A DNA stretch of 36,639 bases, from positions 1-36,639 of the forward strand of contig CALZBV010000001.1 of the NCBI GenBank assembly GCA_945622055.1. Reading direction: 5' to 3'. Source of the stretch: an uncultured Clostridia bacterium. GTDB lineage: Bacteria > Bacillota > Clostridia > Lachnospirales > Lachnospiraceae. Positions 1 through 8,447 of the stretch are shown in pieces (position 1 is the first letter of the stretch; every line of letters begins with the position of its first letter). Both the position numbers and the translations under genes were made by a program. The notes below the pieces were generated by a model. It was given only the letters and a program-made list of their open reading frames with translations. It was not told where the DNA came from and searched no databases.

Positions 1-56
1 ATCAGATTCATTAAAATCTGTCCAAAAAAGTGTCTTAATTTATGAGACCATTATAG

Positions 57-338
57 GTGAAAAAGGTTTCCGATTTTAAGACAGAAAAAGAACTGCAAAA
101 CCGCTTGTCCGTACTTGAGGAAATCCGATTTCCGTTTGGAATGACCGGCTGTATGAACCTGAATTATATCCTGTTTGCCCTGTTAAAGCTGTTTGACGTA
201 CTTATGGTGCTGGTGTTGTTTTTCACAGGACGTATTATTTTTAAGAGCAAGGATACGGTAGCACCGGTGCTTATTAAAATCTGGATGGTCGGACTAATCG
301 TTACCGTAGGACTTGCGGTGTTTGTTTTGGTGAAATAA
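57..338 (+). CDS. hypothetical small membrane protein (93 aa, about 2 predicted TM helices)
   Basis: Open frame with hydrophobic C-terminal two thirds. It has a GTG start with no convincing SD. A weak AT hairpin plus T-run lies downstream at about 350..378. Confidence 0.3.
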   Translation: MKKVSDFKTEKELQNRLSVLEEIRFPFGMTGCMNLNYILFALLKLFDVLMVLVLFFTGRIIFKSKDTVAPVLIKIWMVGLIVTVGLAVFVLVK

Positions 339-382
339 GTTGTGTTAAGAAAATCTAAAATAGATTAAATTTTTTCTACGGG

Positions 383-411
383 TTGCCGAAGCCGGTAAAA
401 TGTGGTAAACT
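383..411 (+). promoter_or_regulatory. sigma-A type promoter: TTGCCG, 17-nt spacer, TGgTAAACT (extended -10)
   Basis: -35 at 383..388, 17-nt spacer, TGn plus TAAACT at 403..411. Read directly from the sequence. Confidence 0.5.
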
Positions 412-431
412 GAATCTATGCGGGAGGAGGT

Positions 432-461
432 ATGATTGGCCCCATAGACGAAAGAGCATAA
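432..461 (+). other. 9-codon sORF (MIGPIDERA) behind a very strong SD (GGGAGGAGG, 422..430); candidate leader peptide
   Basis: ATG at 432, TAA at 459..461, SD ends 1 nt before the ATG (tight spacing). It sits between the promoter at 383..411 and the terminator at 482..533. Confidence 0.25.
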
Positions 462-481
462 AAGCAACAGATAGAAAAGCA

Positions 482-533
482 CAGGGATGAGCGTAGAGAA
501 CTTCTGAGCATACGGGCATCCCTGTTTGTTTTT
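482..533 (+). terminator. intrinsic terminator-like hairpin (CAGGGATG...CATCCCTG) followed by TTTGTTTTT
   Basis: 8-bp GC-rich stem (482..489 pairs with 517..524) followed by a T-run at 525..533. It lies 37 nt upstream of the MarR start. Confidence 0.6.
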
Positions 534-569
534 AACAGCGAATACAGTAAGGGAAGGAAGGGTGTTACG

Positions 570-1064
570 ATGAAAGGGAACAGGGAAAAAATGGATGCAT
601 TAAAGCTCGGAAATGAGTTAACGACAAGAAGGTATCTGTTTAACAAGGTTCAGGTCAGTAAGGCTTTAAATGTACCGGATTATATTGCGATGAGGATTAT
701 CATGGGTACAGAGGAGTCGGGGGATATTTATGACGGCAGAACCTATCTGACGGATATTTCGGACAAAATGCAGATTACAATCCGTCAGGCATCAAAAATG
801 ATCAGCGGGCTCAAGGATAGAGGACTCGTAAAATGGGTGCATGACGGAAACGGAAGTGAAGGAACCTATGTGACCATTACGGAAAGCGGACGGCAGTTGT
901 TTCTTCAGCAGGAGAAAATGATAAAAGAGTTTTACGAAAAGGTAATTGAAAAATTTGGTGAGGACAATCTGGTACAGCTGTTAAATCTGATGAAGCAGCT
1001 GGAAACCTATATGGAATCGGAAATGGAAGAAATGGGGTTAGTAGATGATGAAACAGTTGAATGA
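570..1064 (+). CDS. MarR-family winged-helix transcriptional regulator
   Basis: 164 aa. The central wHTH-like segment (TDISDKMQITIRQASKMISGLKDRGLV...GTYVTITESGRQ) is typical of MarR. SD GGAAGGAAGG lies upstream. The 3' end overlaps the next gene by 20 nt. Confidence 0.7.
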   Translation: MKGNREKMDALKLGNELTTRRYLFNKVQVSKALNVPDYIAMRIIMGTEESGDIYDGRTYLTDISDKMQITIRQASKMISGLKDRGLVKWVHDGNGSEGTYVTITESGRQLFLQQEKMIKEFYEKVIEKFGEDNLVQLLNLMKQLETYMESEMEEMGLVDDETVE

Positions 1065-2370
1065 GTTTACAAGGGAGGCACAGAAGCTGTGTATCAAAAA
1101 CGATAGTATTTCCGCCAGACTGTATGAGGAATACGGTGTAAATCTTGGACTTCGTGACGAAAACGGAAACGGAGTTCTTACAGGCCTTACGAATATCTCG
1201 AAAATTACCTCTTCCGAGGTCGTAAACGGGAAAAAGGTTCCGGCAGATGGAAAATTATGGTACAGAGGATATCAGGTTCAGGATTTGATTCAGGCACTCG
1301 GAGCGGAGGAGCTTGGGTTCGAGAAAATAGCCTATCTGCTTTTACTGGGAGAATTGCCGGAGGAAAATGAGTGTAAAAATTTTGCCCGGCTGATTGGAAG
1401 CAGCAGAACATTGCCGACAAATTTTACCAGGGATGTGATTATGAAGGCTCCGTCGGAAGATATTATGAATTCAATGACAAGAAGCATACTTACGCTTGCT
1501 TCTTATGATGAAAAAGCGAAGGATACGGGGATTTCCAATGTTCTGCGACAGAGTATCCAGCTAATCAGCGAGTTTCCGCTTCTGGCGGTATACGGCTTTA
1601 ATGCTTATAACCATTATGAAAAGCAGGAGAGTATGTTTATTCATCATCCGGATCCGACTCTTTCCACGGCAGAGAACCTTCTTATGCTGCTCCGTCCGGA
1701 TAAGAGGTTTACCGGGGTTGAGGCAAAGACGCTGGATACGGCCCTTATTCTGCATATGGAGCATGGGGGAGGAAATAACTCCACCTTTACAACGCGTGTC
1801 GTGACGTCCTCCGGCTCGGATACGTATTCCACGATTGCAGCGGCAATGTCTTCCCTGAAGGGTCCAAAGCACGGGGGAGCGAACATAAAGGTCATGGAGA
1901 TGATGGAGGATATCCGTGAGCATGTGAAGGACTACGCGGATAAGGACGAAATCCGCGCTTATCTGGAAAAAATTGTCGATAAGGAGGCTTTTGACCGGAA
2001 GGGGCTGGTTTATGGAATGGGACATGCGATTTATTCCTTATCTGACCCGCGTGAGAGAGTTTTTAAGGGCTATGTGAAAAAACTTGCAGTGGAGAAGAAC
2101 CGGCTGTCAGACATGCAGCTTTATGAGAACATTGAGGAGCTGGCTCCGCAGGTAATCGCACAGAAGAGAAAGATATATAAGGGAGTCAGCCCGAATATTG
2201 ACTTTTACAGCGGTTTTGTTTATGATATGCTGAATATTCCGAAGGAGCTTTACACCGCAATTTTTGCAATTGCACGTATTGTGGGTTGGAGTGCTCATCG
2301 GGTTGAAGAGCTTATCTGCACAAATAAAATCATACGTCCGGCTTATATGAGTGTCATGGAGGAACGCTGA
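1045..2370 (+). CDS. citrate synthase (citrate/2-methylcitrate synthase family)
   Basis: 441 aa with family motifs HMEHGGGNNSTF, GMGHAIY and NIDFYSG. Length fits the family. Confidence 0.9.
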   Translation: MMKQLNEFTREAQKLCIKNDSISARLYEEYGVNLGLRDENGNGVLTGLTNISKITSSEVVNGKKVPADGKLWYRGYQVQDLIQALGAEELGFEKIAYLLLLGELPEENECKNFARLIGSSRTLPTNFTRDVIMKAPSEDIMNSMTRSILTLASYDEKAKDTGISNVLRQSIQLISEFPLLAVYGFNAYNHYEKQESMFIHHPDPTLSTAENLLMLLRPDKRFTGVEAKTLDTALILHMEHGGGNNSTFTTRVVTSSGSDTYSTIAAAMSSLKGPKHGGANIKVMEMMEDIREHVKDYADKDEIRAYLEKIVDKEAFDRKGLVYGMGHAIYSLSDPRERVFKGYVKKLAVEKNRLSDMQLYENIEELAPQVIAQKRKIYKGVSPNIDFYSGFVYDMLNIPKELYTAIFAIARIVGWSAHRVEELICTNKIIRPAYMSVMEER

Positions 2371-2394
2371 TAACGGGAAAAATGTCGAAAGAGC

Positions 2395-2422
2395 TTGTAT
2401 TATCTTGAATTTGTGCTATAAT
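2395..2422 (+). promoter_or_regulatory. sigma-A type promoter: TTGTAT, 16-nt spacer, TGcTATAAT
   Basis: -35 at 2395..2400 and extended -10 TGcTATAAT at 2414..2422, upstream of the MFS reading frame. Confidence 0.5.
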
Positions 2423-2466
2423 ATACACGTGCTTTTGGCATAATTTGAAAAAAAGAGGATAGTAGT

Positions 2467-3813
2467 ATGAGCGAGAATCAGAAAAAGGGCGGATGGAGAA
2501 CAAATAAGTGGATCCGCGCAGCGATTCCGGCATTGTTACTCCACTGCAGTATCGGTACCGTATACTGATGGTCGATCTTTAGCGAAGAGATCGGTAACTA
2601 TATCGGATGGTCGAAGAGTGCTACTGAGTGGGCATTCAGTTTTGCAATTTTCTTCCTCGGAATGTCGGCAGCATTCCTTGGAAACGTAGTTGAGAAAGAC
2701 ATACATAAGTCTTCCCTGATTGCGACGATTTGTTTTGCCGGTGGTATGGCAGGTACGGGTTTCTTTATTTATTACGGAGGAATTCACCAGAAGAGCGTGT
2801 TGGCTCTCGTTGGTATTTACGTTTGCTACGGTCTGATTATGGGAATCGGCCTTGGTACCGGATAACTTTCCCCGGTAAAGACCTTAATGCTCTGGTTCAG
2901 TGATCGTAAGGGACTTGCAACCGGACTTGCGGTAGCCGGCTTCGGCGCTGCAAAGGCAATTGCTTCCCCGATTATGCAGGGACTTCTCGGAGACAACAAG
3001 AACGGTGAGATTTATAAGATGTTCTGGATTCTTGCTGTTGTTTACTTTATCATGATGTTCATCGGACATCTTTTACTGAAGAAGCCGGAAGGCTGGCATG
3101 AGCCGGCAAAGAAGGAAAAGGGTAAGGGTACCTTCGATGTAATTAAGTCCAAGCCGATTCTGAACTACGTTGGTATCTGGTTAATGTTTTATTTAAACAT
3201 TACCTGCGGTCTGGCATTGATTTCCCAGGAAAAGTCCATCGTAAAGTGTATCGGACTTGCAGGCGCAGTCGGAATTATTTCTACCGTTTCCGCAGTATTT
3301 AATGCAGGCGGACGTCTTGGCTTCTCTGCATGGGCAGACAAGATGAAGGATAGAAATACAATTTACAAATTAATCTTTATCCTTTCCATTGCATTTACTG
3401 CGATTGTAATTGTAACGCAGGGTATCGTAAATGCAAAGGGAAATACACTTTTGGTTATTTTTGTACTGGCACTTATTTTTGTTGTTAACGCAGGCTACGG
3501 CGGTGGTTTCTCAAACGTACCGACGCTCCTTTCCGACCACTACGGAATGGGTAACATCAGTGCAATTCATGGTCTTACCCTTTCTGCATGGGCAATTGCA
3601 GGTCTTACCGGTAACCAGATGGCGACTTGGATTGTAAATCATTTCGGACAGGATAAGCTTCAGGAAATCGAGTATCATGGTGAGATGATTAAGGTTAATC
3701 CGGTCGGATACCAGACGGTACTTTACGTCACCATTGTTCTTTATATTGTTTCCTTACTGATTAGTATGTTCTTCGTAAAGTCTACAGCGAAGAAGGAAGC
3801 AGAAAGCAAATAA
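2467..3813 (+). pseudogene. MFS transporter, oxalate/formate antiporter (OFA)-like, interrupted by two in-frame stop codons
   Basis: One continuous frame of 449 codons including the terminal stop. ATG at 2467 with SD AGAGGA. Internal TGA at 2566..2568 (GTVY*WS) and TAA at 2863..2865 (GIGLGTG*LSPVKTLMLWFSDRKG). The three ORF-track pieces (the 2467 piece, 2662..2865 and 2887..3813) are all in frame 1. No frameshift is needed. Confidence 0.8.
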
Positions 3814-3823
3814 TGAAATTCAG

Positions 3824-3853
3824 ACAGCATCGCCTTTGGGCGGTGCTGTTTTG
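3824..3853 (+). terminator. intrinsic terminator after the MFS frame
   Basis: ACAGCATCGCC, loop TTTG, GGCGGTGCTGT. This is an 11-bp stem with one G.U pair, followed by TTTTG. Confidence 0.75.
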
Positions 3854-4012
3854 CGTGACAGGGCTAGGACGAACTTCCGTAGCATTAAAATAGGGAAAAA
3901 ATGGGGATAATAGCGAAGAATGCATTGGCTTCGCTTTACAAAATCAGAAAAATGGGCTATCATGAAAGGAAAGGGAACGGGAGGATAGGTGTCTCCGGAA
4001 ATGGAGGTGGAC

Positions 4013-5671
4013 ATGTATCAGTTATTGCTTATTTTACAGTATATCGGGATTTTATTCTTTATTCTTGATATATTTTTTATTTTGAGGCAGCAGAAGACGA
4101 GAATTCAGACACTTTTGCTTATTATGTGTATTTCCGGTCTCATAAACATGGTCGGATACCTGTTTGAGATGAAAGCGAAGGATTTGAATACGGCAATTAT
4201 GTCGGTTAAGCTTCTTTATATCGGAAAACCATTTATTGTTCTCATGATGTTTCTGGTGATACTGGAGTATTTCGGTATCAGCTTTAAGAAGTGGAAGGAG
4301 TATGTGCTGATCGGAATACATGTTTTTGTATCGGCATCTGTATTTTTGTGTGATTCCCTGCCGCTTTTTTATACGTCGATTGATTTTACGGAAGAGGGCT
4401 TATTTCCTCATTTGATTTTGGGAAGGGGCATCTTTTATCTGGTCTATACGGCAGGCATTTTGTTGTATGTGGCTGTGATGATATTTGTTTTGTTCCGGGA
4501 GGAAAAAAAGGCAAAGGACAGAAAGCAGAGAACGCAGATTCATGTATTTTTCGTGATGGTATTTGTCTGTGTGTTCGCGATGCTTCTGTTTTTGAGCGGA
4601 GTAACCAAAGGATATGATACGACGGCAATAGCATACCTGATATGCACAATCCTGCTCAGTCTTTCCCTGCATCGGTATAATCTGCTGGATCCGATTGGAA
4701 TTGTAAAGGAAACGGTTATTGACCAGCTGGAGGATGGTATTATTGCAATCGGAGAAAACGGGGAGCTGATACTGCACAACGAGATTGCGGTGCAGCTGAT
4801 AGCCGAAGTACGGGAGAGGAATAAGGGGCTGACGGAGCAGGAAGCAATCGCGAAGCTTTGTACGGAAGGGGTATATCAGAGCTCCACTAAGGTATACGAG
4901 GTAGCAAAAAACAGGATTGAAAAAAGAGGGATTTTTCTTGGAGACCTGTTTATTCTGAAAGACATTACAGAGCGGTATCATTATGCGCACCGGCTGGAGT
5001 GGGAGGTTGCACAGAAGACGGTAAATCTGAAGCTCATGCAGCATCGGGTTACGCTTGGTCTTGCAGAGACCATCGAGAGCCGTGACCGGGATACCGGAGG
5101 GCATGTCCGCAGAACATCGGATGTTATCCGGATTTTTGCGGAAAAGCTCGGAAGTCCGGAAATGGGTGGAAAGTATTCCGGAGAATTTCTGGAAAGAGTG
5201 ATTAATTCTGCACCAATGCACGACCTGGGAAAGATTGGTGTAGAGGATGCAGTTTTGAACAAGCCGGGCCGGTTTACCCCGGATGATTACGATAAGATGA
5301 AAACGCATGCCAAAAAGGGTGCGATTATTATCGAGAGGATTCTGGGAGGAACGGATGACAAGGAGTTTTTAAAGATTGCGATTAACATGGCGCATTACCA
5401 TCACGAACGTTACGATGGAACCGGCTATCCTTGCGGAAAGAAGGGAGAAGAAATCCCGGTTGAGGCAAGAATTATGGCTCTGGCGGATGTATTTGATGCG
5501 CTTGTCAGTCGCAGATGCTACAAAGAGCAGATGTCTTTTGATGAGGCATTTGACATCATAGAAAAGTCACTCGGAACGCATTTTGATGAGGAGCTTGGGC
5601 GTTGCTTCATTTCCTGCAGGGAAGAACTTGTGCAGTATTATACGGAAGCAGACCGGCTTTGGGCAGTTTAA
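4013..5671 (+). CDS. membrane-bound HD-GYP domain protein (putative c-di-GMP phosphodiesterase) with an N-terminal multi-TM sensor region
   Basis: HD motif (MHDLGKIGV) and GYP motif (HHERYDGTGYP) in the C-terminal third. There are about 6-7 hydrophobic helices at the N-terminus. ATG 4013 has GGAGG 6 nt upstream. In-frame alternatives are GTG 3989 and ATG 4001. Confidence 0.85.
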   Translation: MYQLLLILQYIGILFFILDIFFILRQQKTRIQTLLLIMCISGLINMVGYLFEMKAKDLNTAIMSVKLLYIGKPFIVLMMFLVILEYFGISFKKWKEYVLIGIHVFVSASVFLCDSLPLFYTSIDFTEEGLFPHLILGRGIFYLVYTAGILLYVAVMIFVLFREEKKAKDRKQRTQIHVFFVMVFVCVFAMLLFLSGVTKGYDTTAIAYLICTILLSLSLHRYNLLDPIGIVKETVIDQLEDGIIAIGENGELILHNEIAVQLIAEVRERNKGLTEQEAIAKLCTEGVYQSSTKVYEVAKNRIEKRGIFLGDLFILKDITERYHYAHRLEWEVAQKTVNLKLMQHRVTLGLAETIESRDRDTGGHVRRTSDVIRIFAEKLGSPEMGGKYSGEFLERVINSAPMHDLGKIGVEDAVLNKPGRFTPDDYDKMKTHAKKGAIIIERILGGTDDKEFLKIAINMAHYHHERYDGTGYPCGKKGEEIPVEARIMALADVFDALVSRRCYKEQMSFDEAFDIIEKSLGTHFDEELGRCFISCREELVQYYTEADRLWAV

Positions 5672-5679
5672 AGTACTGC

Positions 5680-5708
5680 TTGCATTTTTTGGCGTTCTGT
5701 GTTAAACT
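5680..5708 (+). promoter_or_regulatory. sigma-A type promoter: TTGCAT, 17-nt spacer, TGtTAAACT
   Basis: -35 at 5680..5685, 17-nt spacer, extended -10 at 5700..5708. Same architecture as the promoter at 383..411. Confidence 0.5.
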
Positions 5709-6067
5709 TTTCCATACATGAATGCAAAAACTATTCATGCAAATATTGCCCACCTTTTAAGGTTAAGCCCATACGGACAGGCGGGGCAGCTGCCGCGAGT
5801 GGCGAAAGGCCACATTATTGATTGAGTTAAAAGCTCAAATTTTATAAGTTGATTACTTTATAATCATTAGGGTACACTTCTTGTGAAACGGTCAATAAGA
5901 GTAGCAACAGTCAGGTATTTGCTGTAAAACTCGAGTATAGTTTTTGCGTTTGTATTTGTGGATACAGATACAATTTAAGCTATATTGTGAACAGGACAGG
6001 TGCCGGGCACCTGTCTTTTTTGTCAATGTATTCTCTGTCCGATGATATGGAAAGGATTATTTTTAAT
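5709..6067 (+). promoter_or_regulatory. long structured 5' leader of the polyamine operon (unclassified; candidate riboswitch or attenuator)
   Basis: About 350 nt between the predicted promoter and the speA start. Hairpins at 5717..5739 (7 bp), 5785..5794 (palindrome), 5799..5813 (GUGGC-GAAAG-GCCAC) and 5950..5973 (10 bp), then the terminator at 5995..6021. Confidence 0.45.
5995..6021 (+). terminator. intrinsic terminator inside the speA leader (attenuator)
   Basis: GACAGGTG, loop CCGGG, CACCTGTC, followed by TTTTTT at 6016..6021. It lies 47 nt upstream of the most plausible speA ATG. Confidence 0.8.
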
Positions 6068-7519
6068 ATGAGACTCGAAGCACAAAAGCACGCTCCGGTT
6101 TACGAAGCGCTTGAAAAGTTCAGAAAGCAGAGAATCGTCCCGTTTGATGTACCGGGACATAAACGAGGACGCGGAAACCCGGAGCTTAGAGAGCTTCTTG
6201 GAGAGAAGTGTGTCAGCATTGATGTGAATTCAATGAAGCAGTTAGATAATCTTTGTCATCCGATGTCTGTGATTAAGGAGGCGGAGGAGCTTGCAGCAGA
6301 AGCATTTGGTGCAGATCATTGCTTCTTTATGGTAGGCGGAACAACCTCAGCAGTACAGAGTATGGTTTTGACGGCCTGTCGTGCAGGGGATAAGATTATC
6401 CTGCCGAGAAACGTTCATAAAAGTGTAATCAATGCGCTTGTTTTGTGTGGTGCAATCCCGGTGTATGTAAATCCGGAGGTAGATAAAAAGCTTGGTATTT
6501 CCCTGGGAATGGAATTGCCGGAGCTTGAGCGCGCAATCCGTGAGAATCCGGATGCAGTATGTGTTTTGGTGAACAACCCGACCTATTATGGTATCTGTTC
6601 GGATCTTCGTGGAATTGTTAAGCTTGCACATGAACACAATATGCTTGTTCTTGTGGATGAAGCACACGGAACGCATTTATATTTTGGAAAGGACCTTCCG
6701 GTCAATGCGATGGAGGCAGGCGCGGATATGGCCTCGGTTTCTATGCACAAATCCGGTGGAAGTCTGACACAGAGCTCGTTGCTTTTGGTTAACAAGACGG
6801 TAAACTGGGAGTATGTCAGCCAGATTATCAATCTTACACAGACGACCAGTGCATCATATCTTCTGCTTTCCAGCCTCGATATTTCCAGAAGAAATCTTGC
6901 CCTCCGCGGGGAGGAGTCCTTCGCAAAGGTAAGAGAGATGGCAGAATATGCGCGTGCGGAGATAAACTCCGTTGGCGGGTATTACGCATATGGTGCAGAG
7001 ATGATTAACAAAAAGAGCATCTTCGATTTTGATGTCACGAAGCTTTCGATTTATACGAGAGATATTGGTCTGGCCGGAATTGAAGTATATGATTTGCTTC
7101 GGGATGAATACGATATTCAGATAGAATTTGGTGATATTGCAAATATTCTCGCGTACATTTCCATTGGTGACCGGATTCAGGACATTGAACGGCTGGTGGG
7201 TGCGCTTGCGGATATCAAGCGTTTGTATTCGAAGGATCCCTCCCAGATGATGGTGACGGAATATATTGCACCGCAGGTGCTGGTTTCACCGCAGAAGGCG
7301 TTTTATTCTGATAAGACTGCAGTACCGCTTGAGAAGACTGCAGGGAAGATTTGCGGTGAATTTGTTATGTGTTACCCGCCGGGAATTCCGATTCTTGCAC
7401 CGGGTGAGCTGATTACTGCACAGATTATTGAGTATATCCTGTATGCAAAGGAAAAGGGCTGTTCCATGCAGGGAACGCAGGACCCGTATATGAATTATCT
7501 TCAGGTATTTGAACAATAA
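6068..7519 (+). CDS. speA: PLP-dependent arginine (Orn/Lys/Arg family) decarboxylase
   Basis: DVPGHKRG near the N-terminus and the SMHKSGGSLTQSS PLP-lysine motif. The N-terminus aligns with Bacillus-type SpeA only from MRLEAQ. The ORF-track start at 5987 would place the terminator hairpin inside the CDS. ATG 6047 is an in-frame alternative. Confidence 0.85.
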   Translation: MRLEAQKHAPVYEALEKFRKQRIVPFDVPGHKRGRGNPELRELLGEKCVSIDVNSMKQLDNLCHPMSVIKEAEELAAEAFGADHCFFMVGGTTSAVQSMVLTACRAGDKIILPRNVHKSVINALVLCGAIPVYVNPEVDKKLGISLGMELPELERAIRENPDAVCVLVNNPTYYGICSDLRGIVKLAHEHNMLVLVDEAHGTHLYFGKDLPVNAMEAGADMASVSMHKSGGSLTQSSLLLVNKTVNWEYVSQIINLTQTTSASYLLLSSLDISRRNLALRGEESFAKVREMAEYARAEINSVGGYYAYGAEMINKKSIFDFDVTKLSIYTRDIGLAGIEVYDLLRDEYDIQIEFGDIANILAYISIGDRIQDIERLVGALADIKRLYSKDPSQMMVTEYIAPQVLVSPQKAFYSDKTAVPLEKTAGKICGEFVMCYPPGIPILAPGELITAQIIEYILYAKEKGCSMQGTQDPYMNYLQVFEQ

Positions 7520-7539
7520 TAAAGCAGGGGGATACGAAA

Positions 7540-8397
7540 GTGGAGCTTTGGTTTTCGGATTATCATACAGAGCGTGTTAAGGTTTCGGTAAAAATAGAAA
7601 AACAATTGTTTGGTCAGCAGACGGATTTTCAGCGTATCGATGTTTTTGAATCTGAGGAATTTGGACGTTTCATCAGCTCGGACGGAAGCATTGTTTTTTC
7701 GGAAAAGGATGAGTTTACCTACGATGAAATGATTGTGCATGTTCCGATGGCAGTACATCCGAATGTGGAGAAGGTGCTCGTAATCGGCGGAGGTGACGGC
7801 GGTGTTGCCCGTGAGCTGTCGTATTATGAGGAAATCAAGCAGATTGATGTGGTTGAGCCGGATGAGGTGTTTGTTTCGGCGTGTAAGGAATTTTTCCCTG
7901 ACAATGCAAAAGGACTTGAGGACCCGCGTGTCACGGTTTACAACCGTGACGGATTGCGCTTTTTACGTGATAAACATGGGGTTTATGATTTGATTATCAA
8001 TGATGCGATAGATCCGCTTGGGCATACGGCAGGACTGTTTACAAAGGAATTTTACGGAAACTGTTACCGTGCGCTTCGAGATGACGGAATCATGGTGTAC
8101 CAGCATGGAAGTCCGTTCTATGATGAGGATGAGGATACCTGTCGTGCTATGCACCGGAAGGCAAGTCACAGCTTCCCAATCAGCCGTGTCTATCAGGCAC
8201 ACATTCCGACCTGCTCGTCAGGCTACTGGTTGTTTGGATTTGTTTCAAAGAAATATCATCCGTTGACGGATTTTGATGCGGAGCGGTGGAACAGGCGCGG
8301 AATAAAAACGTGGTATTATACGACAAATCTTCACCGTGGGGCATTTATGCTTCCGAAGTATGTGGAGGATATGCTGGAAGAGGAAGAGGCTCGTTAG
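7540..8397 (+). CDS. speE: spermidine synthase / polyamine aminopropyltransferase
   Basis: 285 aa with an MELWFSD N-terminus and the VLVIGGGDGG SAM-fold motif. GTG start with SD AGGGGGA. Confidence 0.85.
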   Translation: MELWFSDYHTERVKVSVKIEKQLFGQQTDFQRIDVFESEEFGRFISSDGSIVFSEKDEFTYDEMIVHVPMAVHPNVEKVLVIGGGDGGVARELSYYEEIKQIDVVEPDEVFVSACKEFFPDNAKGLEDPRVTVYNRDGLRFLRDKHGVYDLIINDAIDPLGHTAGLFTKEFYGNCYRALRDDGIMVYQHGSPFYDEDEDTCRAMHRKASHSFPISRVYQAHIPTCSSGYWLFGFVSKKYHPLTDFDAERWNRRGIKTWYYTTNLHRGAFMLPKYVEDMLEEEEAR

Positions 8398-8447
8398 GCG
8401 TGATAGAAATAAACGGTGGGACTACCCCGGGAATATAGGAGGAGAAT

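Noticed and set aside
2566-2568. In-frame TGA in the MFS gene as selenocysteine, or the two stops as evidence of an alternative genetic code or programmed read-through
   Set aside because: The second interruption is TAA. Neighbouring genes terminate normally with TGA, TAA and TAG. No SECIS-like hairpin follows the TGA, and a Sec residue in the first TM helix of an MFS transporter has no precedent that I know of.
4400-5308. Long antisense ORFs opposite real genes: 4400..5308 (302 aa), 9904..10488 (194 aa), 10947..11744 (265 aa), 30153..31010 (285 aa), 1561..2025 (154 aa) and others
   Set aside because: All lie entirely within, and antisense to, genes with clear family motifs. They have odd composition (rich in R, C, H, L) and no SD. 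They are shadow ORFs.
5860-5925. Resemblance of the speA leader to a T-box (TTAGGGTAC) or ykkC/guanidine-I elements (UAGGGU ... ACGGUC..GAGAG)
   Set aside because: The matches are 5-6 nt fragments only. The rest of each consensus is absent: GGUGGUACCGCG for the T-box, and GCCCGGGAGA plus ACACGG for ykkC. I keep the leader as unclassified.
5987-6067. The ORF-track start of the decarboxylase at GTG 5987 (N-terminus MNRTGAGHLSFLSMYSLSDD...)
   Set aside because: These codons are the intrinsic terminator hairpin and its T-run (5995..6021) read as protein. Homology to SpeA-type N-termini only begins at MRLEAQ (6068).
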